Assembly (NCBI GenBank): GCA_036511595.1 | Contig: DATCBY010000072.1 | Coordinates: forward strand, 8,877 to 72,876 | Source: Bauldia sp. | GTDB taxonomy: Bacteria > Pseudomonadota > Alphaproteobacteria > Rhizobiales > Kaistiaceae | Direction: 5' to 3' | DNA: 64,000 nt | Shown here: positions 51,129 to 60,490 of the stretch, piece by piece | Layout: every line of letters begins with the position of its first letter | Position numbering within the stretch: the stretch's first letter is position 1 | Translations under genes and position numbers: made by a program | The notes under the pieces: generated by a model | Database searches by the model: none | Told to the model about the DNA's origin: nothing | What the model saw: the letters and a program-made list of their open reading frames with translations, nothing else

Positions 51129-51610
51129 CAGTTTTCCGTCCTCGAAATCACGCCTGTCGCCCGATGGCTTGGGACGAGCCGTTTTCTGATATCCCGCAAC
51201 CGGTTCTTGGCCTCTTCCCGGTATGCGGTGAAACGGTCCGGCTCCCAAAGCTGAAACTTGTAACCTTGTCCGACGAATGTGATCCGGTCGCCAATTCCCG
51301 TGTGAACCTTGATGGCGTCCGAGAGAATGACGCGGCCGTCCTGGTCGATCTTCAAAATCTCGCTCTCGCCAATGAGCGTCGTCGAAAGATATTCGTGGTC
51401 CTCCGAGAACGGTTCGAAGTTCTGCAGGCTCACGCCGATCGTGCGACGGAAGCGGTTGCCACCGGCATCGACCGCGTTCCGATCGAGCGTGGGGCAGCAA
51501 TAGAGGCCGTCGAAGCCGTCCACCGCCAACACCGCCCGAAACGATGCAGGGATCGACACCCGTCCCTTCGCATCCAGCCGGTTCGTGAATGTGGAAACGA
51601 AGTCTTCCAT
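51128..51610 (-). CDS. mraZ: Transcriptional regulator MraZ
   Basis: Duplicated SpoVT/AbrB-type blocks [18 protein letters not shown] and [24 protein letters not shown] lies 3-4 nt before the ATG. 160 aa. Confidence 0.95.
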   Translation of the reverse strand: MEDFVSTFTNRLDAKGRVSIPASFRAVLAVDGFDGLYCCPTLDRNAVDAGGNRFRRTIGVSLQNFEPFSEDHEYLSTTLIGESEILKIDQDGRVILSDAIKVHTGIGDRITFVGQGYKFQLWEPDRFTAYREEAKNRLRDIRKRLVPSHRATGVISRTEN

Positions 51611-51765
51611 TATCCTCGCCCGTGACGCCGCGCGGCCCGATCGGGCCAGTGCTCACCGCATCCCGAGAAAGCCCACGTTGGAGCGTGGGCCGGAACCGGC
51701 GACCGCGGCGCATTTCGGCGCTGGAGCGGCCGCCGGAGGAACGGCAAGGTTGCCGATCCGCCTCC

Positions 51766-51790
51766 GGGATTTCATGGGATATCATGGGAT
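51766..51790 (+). promoter_or_regulatory. Three direct GGGAT repeats at exact 10-bp spacing (candidate MraZ operator)
   Basis: cGGGATttcaTGGGATatcaTGGGATttt has GGGAT at 51766, 51776 and 51786. It lies 156-180 nt upstream of the mraZ ATG, with the repeats reading on the strand opposite to mraZ. Confidence 0.45.
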
Positions 51791-52030
51791 TTTCCGGGCC
51801 GTCAATGGAAACCCGTCCCCTGCGAAGGGAAAACCGCGCCGGTACGCAGGAACCAAACCCGGCGCGTAGGGACGATAAGAGACGGTTAGGTTTAAGATTC
51901 CGTGCGGAGCAGCAGCGCGGGCGCGTCCCAAAATGAACGACACCGCCATTGGTGGTTCGCCCACGCGACCATCACTAAATCCGGCAAGTCCGTTCGGCGA
52001 AGATGCCCAACGAGACTGGTAGTACGCCTC

Positions 52031-52051
52031 AGAAACGGCGGGGCCGCCGCC
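52031..52051 (-). terminator. Possible rnpB terminator hairpin
   Basis: Minus-strand GGCGG-cggcc-CCGCC is followed by GTTTCT, about 30 nt past the P1 3' strand of RNase P RNA. Confidence 0.4.
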
Positions 52052-52079
52052 CTTGTCGGACGACGGCCCCTCATCGTAA

Positions 52080-52480
52080 TGCCAGTTGGCCTGTAAGCCG
52101 GGTTCTGTACGGCGGCGGTTGCCCGCCGCGTGACGGCCATTCTTCTTGGACGCCCGTCGCCGAACGCCTCGCGCTACCTACCCGGACGGCTGGCCCGGAA
52201 ACAGGCCTGCGGGTTTGAGCCGCGCGCCGTCCCTATTCGGTATTGCTCCCGGTGGGGTTTGCCGTGCCGGATCTGTCACCAGACCCGCGGTGGGCTCTTA
52301 CCCCGCCGTTTCACCCTTACCCGTTCGGCTTGCGCCGATCGGGCGGTCTGCTTTCTGTGGCACTTTCCCTGGGGTCGCCCCCGCCGGACGTTATCCGGCA
52401 CCGCGTTTCCATGGAGCCCGGACTTTCCTCTCCCGCGGCCTTTCGGCATTTGCTGGAGCGGCCGTCCGGCCAGCTGACGG
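52080..52480 (-). ncRNA. rnpB: RNase P RNA, bacterial type A
   Basis: The minus strand contains GAGAGGAAAGTCCGGGCTCC (P4 5' strand region, plus coordinates ~52421-52440) and ACAGAACCCGGCTTACAGG (P4 3' strand, ~52090-52110). It also has GGGTAAGGGTGAAACGG and GTAAGAGCCCACC-like J11/12-P12 blocks. P1 pairs CAGCTGGCC (52476-68) with GGCCAACTG (52091-83). The ends are approximate (+/-10 nt). Confidence 0.93.
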
Positions 52481-52498
52481 GGCGTGAAATGGCAGGCC

Positions 52499-52521
52499 GC
52501 CGGCCTTCGGTCAAGGCCGGC
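52499..52521 (-). terminator. Hairpin after the SLT gene, just upstream of the rnpB 5' end
   Basis: GCCGGCCTT-cggtc-AAGGCCGGC is a perfect 9-bp stem, 22 nt after the SLT stop. There is no clear U-tract. Confidence 0.4.
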
Positions 52522-52542
52522 GAACTCCCGTGAGGGTAAACC

Positions 52543-53121
52543 CTAGTTCAGCGATGCAAGCACATCATCGGCAAAGGCATTCCTGCCGCCGCGATTGATA
52601 ATCACAGCCACGTCAACCGGTCGAACCGTGGCATTACCTCCACGGTTGCGCGCAAACCGCACCGACCCGGTCCCACGAAACTGGCTCTTGGCGATGACTT
52701 GCCGGCAATAGCTGCGAACCAGATGCCGGATGAACAAGCCTCCGTTGTAACGCGAGAGCGTTCCGCACTCGTTGCCGCCGGCGAGCTGACGCGCCTGGCC
52801 GAGATATTTCATGCCCCACGCAATGTTGGTGGCCGGGTCGTAAAGCCCTCGCCGGGAACCACGATAACCCATGCCGCGAGCCGTCTGCAGTTTGATCTGC
52901 ATCAGACCGATTTCCCCGGCTCGGCCGGTTATCCGCGGATTGTAGTTGCTCTCGTGGCGGACCACGGCGCTCGCCAGTTCGACGGGTACACCGTTGGCAC
53001 GTGCATGGGTCGCGATGAGAGCAGCAAATTGCTCGGGTGAACCGGCCATAACTTGTCCAGACGACATAATCAGGGGAGCAACAAGTATGAACGCAGACGC
53101 GACGCGAAAAACAGATCGCAT
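52543..53121 (-). CDS. Lytic transglycosylase domain-containing protein (SLT/family 1)
   Basis: Signal peptide MRSVFRVASAFILVAPLIMSSGQVMA. SLT catalytic block VVRHESNYNPRITGRAGEIGLMQI...NIAWGMKYL. Confidence 0.88.
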   Translation of the reverse strand: MRSVFRVASAFILVAPLIMSSGQVMAGSPEQFAALIATHARANGVPVELASAVVRHESNYNPRITGRAGEIGLMQIKLQTARGMGYRGSRRGLYDPATNIAWGMKYLGQARQLAGGNECGTLSRYNGGLFIRHLVRSYCRQVIAKSQFRGTGSVRFARNRGGNATVRPVDVAVIINRGGRNAFADDVLASLN

Positions 53122-53240
53122 GAAGTAGGTCTCTCTCGTTGGTTGGGGAGGCCAGCCGCATGCCATTGGAGCAGCGCGGAAATAGGGCCGCAGAAATCAC
53201 TTACTGTCTCTTAACCGTAAGAAAACGTTCAAAAAGCGTA

Positions 53241-53978
53241 TTATTTCCGCCGCAATTGGACCGCTAGGCGCTCCAGGGTCGCGACCGTCGAGGCATCAGC
53301 GACTCCGTCGATCAGAACCGGCCGGAAATGGCGCTGGAAGGCCCGAACGATGGTTACTAGGGCGGCGTCGAACTCGTCGCCCTCGGCAAGGTCGTACCCA
53401 TAGGCTCGGAGCGCGTTTCGAAGCGCTTCGACCGGCCGTCCGCGTTCACCAAGCTGGAGGAAAGGACCCTTGGTGATCGGCTCCGGCGGAACCCAATTAC
53501 CGACACCAGCCGAATGCAGGAGATCCCACGGAAACAATTCGCCCGGGTCATCCTTGCGGAAGGGCGCCACGTCCGAATGGGCAAGCACCCGCTCCGGCGG
53601 CACCGGATGACGGACGACAATGTCGCGGCAAAGAGCGACCACCGCCGCAATCTGCGGTTCCGGAAACGCCCGGTACCCGTATTCGTGGCCGGGATTGGCG
53701 ATCTCGATCCCGATGGAGCGGGAATTGATGTCGATCTCACCGGCCCAGAAGGACTTGCCGGCGTGCCACGCCCGATGTCCCTCATCGACCAACCGCAGAA
53801 TCCCGCCATCCTCGAAAACAAGATAATGGGATGAAACTTCCGACCGGGGATCGGACAGCCAGTTAAGGGCGGCCGCGGCCGATGGCAGGCCGGTGTAATG
53901 CAGGACGATCATGTCGACCGGCTTGCCGGGCGCGCGCTCCCCGAAATTCGGCGAGGGATGCTCCCCAATCCGGATCAC
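53241..53978 (-). CDS. ampD: N-acetylmuramoyl-L-alanine amidase (AmpD-like, amidase_2) with C-terminal PG-binding domain
   Basis: SPNFGER...MIVLHYTG...SSHYLVFEDGGILRLV...RAWHAGKSFW...SIGIEIANPG...HSDVAP. C-terminal VEALRNALRAYGYDLAEGDEFDAALVTIVRAFQRHF. The proposed GTG start (53976-78) overlaps the upstream stop (GTGA). Confidence 0.88.
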   Translation of the reverse strand: MIRIGEHPSPNFGERAPGKPVDMIVLHYTGLPSAAAALNWLSDPRSEVSSHYLVFEDGGILRLVDEGHRAWHAGKSFWAGEIDINSRSIGIEIANPGHEYGYRAFPEPQIAAVVALCRDIVVRHPVPPERVLAHSDVAPFRKDDPGELFPWDLLHSAGVGNWVPPEPITKGPFLQLGERGRPVEALRNALRAYGYDLAEGDEFDAALVTIVRAFQRHFRPVLIDGVADASTVATLERLAVQLRRK

Positions 53979-54703
53979 GGCTCGGCCGTTGCAGCCTCGG
54001 GCGCGCGGCGGTGAACCCGTTCGATCGCCTCCCACGCTCGATTGATAGCCGCCGCCCGGTCGGTGACAATGGCGAGAAAATCCTCCGGCATTCCGCGGGC
54101 AATGAAGCGGTCGGGATGATTTTCCGCGGCGAGCTTGCGGTACTGCGCCCGAATCTCCGCGAGCGGCCAGGAGCGATCGACGCCCAAGATCAGGTAGGGA
54201 TCGCCCTCGGGGCCGACAACGTGGCGAACGGCAATCCGCTCGAATGCCGCTCCCCGAATTCCAAAGATGTCGGCAACCGCCTCAAGATAGGCGAGCTCGG
54301 CCTCGTGGACGGCGCCGTCTGCTTTGGCGATGATGAATAGTCCATCCAGCACATCGGCGAGAACTTCCGGACTATCCGCATAGAGGCTCGCCACTCGGGC
54401 GGCGTAGGCGTCGAAGCCGGCCACGTCGCGCCGGGCAAGATCGAAAAGCCCGGCCACATGTCTCTGCTCCGAATCCGGCACCGAGAAGATGCGCCGAAAG
54501 GCAACCACCTCCGAATGCGTGACGACCCCGTCGGCCTTCGCCATCTTCGCCGAAAGCGCGATAAGCGCGACCGAGAAGGCAACCTGGCGGCGGGCAACCG
54601 GGTCGGCGACACGACCAAAAAGGCTACCGCTCCATGCCAGAGCGCTCCAAAGCGCGCCGCCGCCCCGCCCAGCCACCTCGCCGATGCGCTTCCAGATGTT
54701 CAT
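53975..54703 (-). CDS. djlA: DjlA-like co-chaperone (TerB-like N-domain plus C-terminal J domain)
   Basis: The TerB-like region has two KADG repeats (MAKADGVVTHSEV, IAKADGAVHEAEL). The C-terminal J domain reads DPYLILGVDRSWPLAEIRAQYRKLAAENHPDR. Confidence 0.85.
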   Translation of the reverse strand: MNIWKRIGEVAGRGGGALWSALAWSGSLFGRVADPVARRQVAFSVALIALSAKMAKADGVVTHSEVVAFRRIFSVPDSEQRHVAGLFDLARRDVAGFDAYAARVASLYADSPEVLADVLDGLFIIAKADGAVHEAELAYLEAVADIFGIRGAAFERIAVRHVVGPEGDPYLILGVDRSWPLAEIRAQYRKLAAENHPDRFIARGMPEDFLAIVTDRAAAINRAWEAIERVHRRAPEAATAEP

Positions 54704-54762
54704 GGCGCAAAGCCTATGCGAAACCCGGGAGCCGCGCGAGGCAGAGCAGCCATGTCCGCCGC

Positions 54763-55407
54763 CTAGGGCTTCGTCGCCTTCAGGTCATCGAAGGAGAACT
54801 CGGCGGTGTCCTTGTCCGGCGAGCCGGCGAAGAGCCCGATCTGCTGGCCGCCGTCAGGAGCGGAGCCGGAAAGCTTCTTAAACTGGGTGCCGTTCAGGTA
54901 AAATGTCGCGTCGTCACCAACCGTGGTGACGCGCATCTCGTTGGTGGCCTTGTCGCCCTTGTTGGCGCTCGCCACATCCTGCCAGTCCACCTGAGCCAGC
55001 CATTTGCCGCGCTGGCGCCGCCAGACAGAGGCTCTGCCGTTGGGGGCAAGCTCGAAGACGTAGAAGTTGTTGACGTCCTGGTACCAGAAAATCGGACCCG
55101 CCTTGGCCTGCGTCGCGTCTTTTCCCGACATCGTCGTCACGCTCACGCACATATCGACGTTGTCGTAAGTGCCGGCGCTGTTAACGACCCAGACATAACT
55201 GCCCACCGGGGGCGACAGTGTCAGCGCGCCGCCCTCTGCCTTGACCGCGGCACCGGGCTGCCCCCAGGTCGGCTGCAACTGATCGAACGAGTCCTGATAA
55301 AGCACGTCCAGTCCCGGGCAGACTGCTGCAGCCGGACCGGCAGACAGGATCAGCAAAAAGGAAAAGGCGGCAAGGCGTCCGATCATTGCAGGTCTCAATG
55401 CTTTCAA
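54763..55407 (-). CDS. Secreted hypothetical protein, concanavalin/LamG-like jelly-roll suspected
   Basis: Signal peptide MIGRLAAFSFLLILSAGPAAA. The beta-rich sequence resembles DUF1080/LamG-type layout (W..G.A.V.A.GGALTL...FYVFEL...NEMRVTTVGDDATFYLNG...IGLF). No catalytic motif recognised. Confidence 0.6.
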   Translation of the reverse strand: MKALRPAMIGRLAAFSFLLILSAGPAAAVCPGLDVLYQDSFDQLQPTWGQPGAAVKAEGGALTLSPPVGSYVWVVNSAGTYDNVDMCVSVTTMSGKDATQAKAGPIFWYQDVNNFYVFELAPNGRASVWRRQRGKWLAQVDWQDVASANKGDKATNEMRVTTVGDDATFYLNGTQFKKLSGSAPDGGQQIGLFAGSPDKDTAEFSFDDLKATKP

Positions 55408-55534
55408 TTTGGGTTCCCGACAACTCCGAGGCAGGCGGGTTCACCTTCTTAGCGACGCTATCGCTTCAGGGAAACCTTCGGCTTGAGCGCCGGCCACCCG
55501 CTATGCCACTCATGCGGACGGCATTGGAGAACGT

Positions 55535-58500
55535 ATGAGCGCGACAGACAACCGCAAGTGGGACTTCTGGATCGATCGGGGCGGCACCTTTACCGACATC
55601 GTCGCCCGCGACCCGACAGGCGCCATTCGCGTGGCCAAGCTTCTTTCCGAGAACCGCGGAGCCTACCGTGATGCCGCCATCGCCGGCATTCGCACCCTGC
55701 TCGGCGTCGCCGCAGATGCGCCCGTCCCCTCCGGCGTGATTGACACGGTGAAAATGGGAACCACCGTCGCCACCAACGCGCTCCTGGAACGCAAAGGCGA
55801 CCGGACGCTGCTCCTGATAACGCGCGGCTTTCGTGACGCGCTGAAAATCGGTTACCAGGCACGGCCCGAGATTTTCGCCAAGAAGATCGTCAAGCCCGAG
55901 CTGCTCTACGAGCGTGTTGCCGAGGTAGCCGAACGCGTGCGGGCCGACGGCACCATCGAGGCGCCGCCCAATCTCGACTCGGTGCGCGGCGAACTGCGAA
56001 CGGCGTGGAACGACGGATTTCGCTCGGTCGCCGTCGTCTTCATGCACGCCTGGAAATATCCGGAACACGAGAAGCAGGTCGCCGATCTCGCCCGCGAGAT
56101 GGGATTTCCTCAGGTCTCGGTCAGCCACGAAGTGTCACCCCTGATCAAGCTGGTCGGACGCGGCGACACGACGGTGGTCGATGCCTACCTCTCGCCGATC
56201 CTGCGCCGCTACGTCGATGAAGTTGCCGCCGAGCTGGGAACCGGCCCGAGGCTGATGTTCATGCAGTCCTCCGGCGGACTGACGGCCGCCGAACTCTTTC
56301 AGGGCAAGGACGCGATCCTTTCCGGACCGGCAGGCGGCGTAGTGGCGGCGATCGAGACGGCAAAGCTCGCGGGCTTCGGCAAGGTGATCGGCTTCGATAT
56401 GGGCGGCACCTCCACCGACGTCTCCCACTACGACGGCGAGTACGAACGTGCTTTCGAGACGGAGGTGGCCGGCGTACGCATGCGTGCGCCAATGATGCGC
56501 ATCCACACCGTCGCGGCCGGCGGCGGCTCGATTCTGAAGTACGATCAGGGCCGGTACCGCGTTGGACCGGAATCCGCCGGCGCCGACCCGGGGCCCACTT
56601 GCTACCGGCGAGGCGGGCCACTCGCCGTCACCGATGCCAATGTCATGGTCGGCAAACTCGTGCCGGCCTATTTCCCGAAAATCTTTGGGCCGCAGCTTGA
56701 CCGGTCGCTCGACGCGGAAGCTGTGCGCACCGGCTTTGCGCGCCTCGCAACGGAAATCGACGATGGACGCACGCCGGAGGAAATTGCCGACGGCTTCCTG
56801 CGCATCGCCGTCGAGAACATGGCGAACGCGATCAAGAAAATCTCGGTGGCCCGCGGCTACGACGTCACCGAATACGCCCTGAACTGTTTCGGCGGCGCCG
56901 GCGGCCAGCACGCCTGCATGGTGGCCGACACGCTCGGCATGAAGACGATCCTCATCCATCCGTTTTCCGGGATTCTGTCGGCTTACGGCATGGGCCTCGC
57001 CGACATTCGCGCCACCCGTAATCTCGCGGTGATGCTGAAGGCGGAGGCGGGCGTCGAAGGACAGCTCACCAAGACGATGACAGCACTGCAGACTGAAGCG
57101 GTCCTGGAGCTTGCCGGACAGGGCGTAGCCGACGGCGTGCGTATCTTTGTCCGCGCGCACCTTCGCTACGATGGGACCGATACGCCCATCCCGATCCTCA
57201 TTCTCGAACATGGCGGCGACGGCGGAGCTCTCTCGCCGCCTGCCAAAATGATCGCCGACTTCGAGGCGGCGCACCGGAAACAGTTCGGATTCGTGTTCGA
57301 GGGCAAGGCGATTGTGGTCGAGAGCCTCGAGGTCGAGGCCGTCGGCGGCGGCGCCGCCATCGACGAACCAGAAGCGGCGACTGGCGACAAGGCGTCCAGC
57401 GAAGACGCCACGGCAGAATTCTATTCGGCTGGCTCGTGGCATGACGCGGCGGTTCACCGGCGCGAGAGCCTGAGGGCAGGCAACGTGGTGGCTGGCCCTG
57501 CCCTGATTGTCGAGCCGCACCAGACCATCGTGGTCGAACCAGGCTGGCAGGCGGCGATCACCGCGCGCAACCATGTCGTGATGACGCGAACCGTGGCGCT
57601 GCCCAAGCGGCGCGCGATCGGCACCGACGCCGACCCGGTGATGCTTGAGGTCTTCAACAACCTCTTCATGTCGATTGCCGAGCAGATGGGCGTGACGCTG
57701 CAGAACACCGCCTATTCGGTGAACATCAAGGAGCGGCTGGATTTCTCGTGCGCGGTCTTCGACGGCGACGGGCGGCTGGTCGCCAACGCCCCGCACATGC
57801 CGGTGCATCTTGGCTCGATGGATCGCTCGGTCGAGACGATCATCCGGCTGAACGCCGGCGACATCCATCCCGGCGACGTGTTCGCGCTGAATGCACCCTA
57901 CAACGGTGGTACCCATCTGCCCGACATCACGGTGTGCTCGCCGGTGTTCGATGAAGCGGGCAGAAAAATCCTGTTCTGGGTGGCGTCGCGGGGGCACCAC
58001 GCCGACGTGGGCGGCACGGCACCGGGCTCGATGACGCCGCGGGCTACCACGGTCGAGGAGGAAGGCATCTTCATCGACAACCTGCGGCTGGTCGAGCGCG
58101 GGCGCTTCCGCGAAGCCGAACTGATGCAGGCGCTGACCGGTCACAAATATCCGTGCCGCAACCCGGCTCAGAATGTCGCCGACCTGAGGGCACAGATCGC
58201 CGCCAACGAGAAGGGCGTGCACGAACTGCGCAAGATGGTGGCGCACTTCGGCCTGGAGGTGGTGTGCGCCTACATGGGCCACGTGCAGGACAACGCGGCC
58301 GAGAGCGTGCGCCGGGTGATCGACGCGCTGCATGACTCCTCCTTCGAGGTGGCGACCGACCAAGGCGCGGTGATCAGGGTGAAGATCACCGTCGACAAGG
58401 CGAAGCGCGAGGCGACGGTCGACTTCACCGGCACCAGCGCCGAGCAGCCAACCAACTTCAACGCGCCGGAGCCGGTGACGCGGGCGGCTGTGCTTTATGC

Positions 58501-59176
58501 ATTCCGCGTGATGGTCGAGGGCGACATCCCGATGAACGCCGGGTGCCTGCGGCCGATCAACATCGTCATCCCCGCGGGCTCAATGCTGTCGCCGCGCTAC
58601 CCGGCAGCCGTGGTGGCGGGCAATGTCGAGACCAGCCAGCACGTCACCGACTGCCTGTTCGGGGCGCTGGGCGCGCTTGCCTCCGCGCAAGGCTCGATGA
58701 ACAACCTCACCTTCGGCAACGCGCGCTACCAGTACTACGAGACGATCTGCTCGGGCGCCCCGGCCGGCGTATTCAACGACGGCACCGGCTTCGACGGCGC
58801 CGATGGAGTCCACACCCACATGACCAACTCGCGGCTCACCGACCCGGAGATCCTCGAGTTCCGCTATCCCGTCCTGCTCGAGGATTTCCACATCCGCGCG
58901 GGCTCGGGCGGCAAAGGCAAGTGGAGCGCGGGCGACGGCACCGAGCGGACGCTGCGCTTCCTCGAGGAGATGGACTGCGCCATCCTTTCCTCGCATCGAA
59001 AAATTCCGCCGCACGGGCTCATGGGCGGCGCGCTGGGCGAACTCGGCATAACGCGCGTGCGCCGCGCCGACGGCACGATCGAGACGCTGGAAGGCTGCGA
59101 CCAGACCACCATGCAGCCCGGCGACGCGGTGATTGTCACTACGCCGACAGGTGGCGGATATGGGAAGGCGAAGTAG
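55535..59176 (+). CDS. Fused hydantoinase A/B family enzyme, 5-oxoprolinase (ATP-hydrolysing)-like
   Basis: 1213 aa. The N-terminus has HyuA-type blocks ([25 protein letters not shown]). The C-terminus has HyuB-type blocks ([50 protein letters not shown]). Confidence 0.9.
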   Translation: MSATDNRKWDFWIDRGGTFTDIVARDPTGAIRVAKLLSENRGAYRDAAIAGIRTLLGVAADAPVPSGVIDTVKMGTTVATNALLERKGDRTLLLITRGFRDALKIGYQARPEIFAKKIVKPELLYERVAEVAERVRADGTIEAPPNLDSVRGELRTAWNDGFRSVAVVFMHAWKYPEHEKQVADLAREMGFPQVSVSHEVSPLIKLVGRGDTTVVDAYLSPILRRYVDEVAAELGTGPRLMFMQSSGGLTAAELFQGKDAILSGPAGGVVAAIETAKLAGFGKVIGFDMGGTSTDVSHYDGEYERAFETEVAGVRMRAPMMRIHTVAAGGGSILKYDQGRYRVGPESAGADPGPTCYRRGGPLAVTDANVMVGKLVPAYFPKIFGPQLDRSLDAEAVRTGFARLATEIDDGRTPEEIADGFLRIAVENMANAIKKISVARGYDVTEYALNCFGGAGGQHACMVADTLGMKTILIHPFSGILSAYGMGLADIRATRNLAVMLKAEAGVEGQLTKTMTALQTEAVLELAGQGVADGVRIFVRAHLRYDGTDTPIPILILEHGGDGGALSPPAKMIADFEAAHRKQFGFVFEGKAIVVESLEVEAVGGGAAIDEPEAATGDKASSEDATAEFYSAGSWHDAAVHRRESLRAGNVVAGPALIVEPHQTIVVEPGWQAAITARNHVVMTRTVALPKRRAIGTDADPVMLEVFNNLFMSIAEQMGVTLQNTAYSVNIKERLDFSCAVFDGDGRLVANAPHMPVHLGSMDRSVETIIRLNAGDIHPGDVFALNAPYNGGTHLPDITVCSPVFDEAGRKILFWVASRGHHADVGGTAPGSMTPRATTVEEEGIFIDNLRLVERGRFREAELMQALTGHKYPCRNPAQNVADLRAQIAANEKGVHELRKMVAHFGLEVVCAYMGHVQDNAAESVRRVIDALHDSSFEVATDQGAVIRVKITVDKAKREATVDFTGTSAEQPTNFNAPEPVTRAAVLYAFRVMVEGDIPMNAGCLRPINIVIPAGSMLSPRYPAAVVAGNVETSQHVTDCLFGALGALASAQGSMNNLTFGNARYQYYETICSGAPAGVFNDGTGFDGADGVHTHMTNSRLTDPEILEFRYPVLLEDFHIRAGSGGKGKWSAGDGTERTLRFLEEMDCAILSSHRKIPPHGLMGGALGELGITRVRRADGTIETLEGCDQTTMQPGDAVIVTTPTGGGYGKAK

Positions 59177-59212
59177 GTTCGCCAGCGCTCCCGCGAAAAG
59201 ATTCCCCACCCA

Positions 59213-59250
59213 CCATGCTTCGCATGGTCCCCCGCCCCGGCCTTCGGCCG
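59213..59250. terminator. Two short tandem hairpins between convergent genes (REP-like or bidirectional terminator candidate)
   Basis: CCATGC-ttc-GCATGG (59213-27) and CGGCC-ttc-GGCCG (59238-50) lie in the 97-bp spacer between the oxoprolinase stop and the extensin-like gene stop. No U-tract. Confidence 0.3.
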
Positions 59251-59273
59251 AAGAGGGATAAAAAGCGACAGCC

Positions 59274-60140
59274 CTAGTCCGCTCCGATCTGCGCGGTGCT
59301 GGCGTTGATCTCGCTGCCGATGACGTCGGCGGGTGGATCCACGAGGAGCGGGCCCGGCGTGGGGCGCGCGGCGCGAATCGAGCCGGTCGGGTTCCAGTCG
59401 TAGGGGACCGGACGCTGGGTGCCGGCGACCATACCGCTGAAAGGTGCGCGCACCGGGGCCGGGCCGTCGGGGCGCGGATTGCAGTAGCGCGAGGTGCCCT
59501 CGTCGTTGTGGTGGGCAAGGTCGAGGTGGAAGTGGTCGCCGTGATACTTGGCGCCGGGGCCGAGCACGGTCTTGAAGCGCTCGCAGGCGGCCGCGAAAAT
59601 CTCACGCAGGAACCCGCGGGTGGCATCGCCGCCGCCGTACCAGTCGGTCTTCACGGTGACGAAGCTGCCGTCCTGCAGGCGGAAGGCGGCGATGTCGATG
59701 GCGTTGCCGAAGGCGTGCTCAGAGAGGCTCTTGCCCTCGATGTTGTCGATCGGCCGGCAGGCATAGGCGCCGAGCTGACGCAACTCGACGACCGGCTCGC
59801 CGAACCAGGCGAGCGCCGCGGGCTGCACGGCCTCGGTGAGCCAGCCCTCGACCGTGGCGGTCATCGGGCAGTTGATGGTGGCCGAGGGGCCGAGGGTGAC
59901 GGCGCCGTTTTCCATGGCCGAGACCTTCAGCGGCTCGTACATGCCGCAGGCGCCGCTGCGCTCGAGCGACGACGGCTCGACGTAGGCCGACTGCTGCACC
60001 CAGCCGGCGCGCATGCACGTCTTCTCCTCCGCATCGCGCCAGGCGGCGCGGCGTTCATAGCCGAAGAGAGACAGGGCGCAGCCGGTGAGCGCGAGCAACA
60101 CACCACCGATAACCGCCAGATACGCAACACGACGGAGCAT
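59274..60140 (-). CDS. Extensin-like C-terminal domain protein (lipoprotein)
   Basis: Lipobox LLALTGC. The block INCPMTATVEGWL...YACRPIDNIEGKSLSEHAFGNAIDIAAFRL...GPGAKYHGDHFHLDLAHH fits the extensin-like_C family pattern, with a peptidase-like His/Asp arrangement. Confidence 0.8.
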   Translation of the reverse strand: MLRRVAYLAVIGGVLLALTGCALSLFGYERRAAWRDAEEKTCMRAGWVQQSAYVEPSSLERSGACGMYEPLKVSAMENGAVTLGPSATINCPMTATVEGWLTEAVQPAALAWFGEPVVELRQLGAYACRPIDNIEGKSLSEHAFGNAIDIAAFRLQDGSFVTVKTDWYGGGDATRGFLREIFAAACERFKTVLGPGAKYHGDHFHLDLAHHNDEGTSRYCNPRPDGPAPVRAPFSGMVAGTQRPVPYDWNPTGSIRAARPTPGPLLVDPPADVIGSEINASTAQIGAD

Positions 60141-60490
60141 GATGATTCAAATGCGCCGGATTCCGTTAAGGAAGGGTTGAGCATCATCTGGCACACGGCC
60201 GCGGCCTCGAGGCGTGAAGGTTCCCGGTTGAGGACCGCCGTCGGGTCGCACCGGTCGACGTAAACGGCTCATTCGCAACGAGAATCCGCGCCGGGCGCCT
60301 CCCGATGCGGCACGCAATAGCCCGGCACGATCCTTGAGTTGTTGCTGGTGTCGCCCCGGCCGTCAGGAACTGCCGAAACCCACACCGCGACATCGCCCTC
60401 CCTGCCCCGAGCAGGCAAGGGCAAGCACGCCCAAGAACTGCATTTTCCTACCGCGCCAGTTTGAGGCGCTCGAATCGCACAGCGCCATCC

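Noticed and set aside
51129-51785. 219-codon N-terminal extension of rsmH in the track ORF 50109..51785
   Set aside because: It overlaps the whole of mraZ out of frame and has no similarity to RsmH. RsmH homology begins at MEGRG...HVPVL, with a 1-nt stop/start overlap typical of this cluster.
51892-52533. Several 60-115-aa ORFs on both strands (for example 52130..52477, 52146..52487, 52243..52533 and 51892..52140)
   Set aside because: They cover the RNase P RNA gene. Conserved rnpB sequence blocks explain the region, and the ORFs are Arg/Pro/Gly-rich.
56135-58363. 742-aa minus-strand ORF
   Set aside because: It lies entirely antisense to the 1213-aa oxoprolinase, which has strong family motifs. 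Its composition (Arg/His/Gly/Asp-rich) is typical of shadow ORFs in GC-rich DNA.
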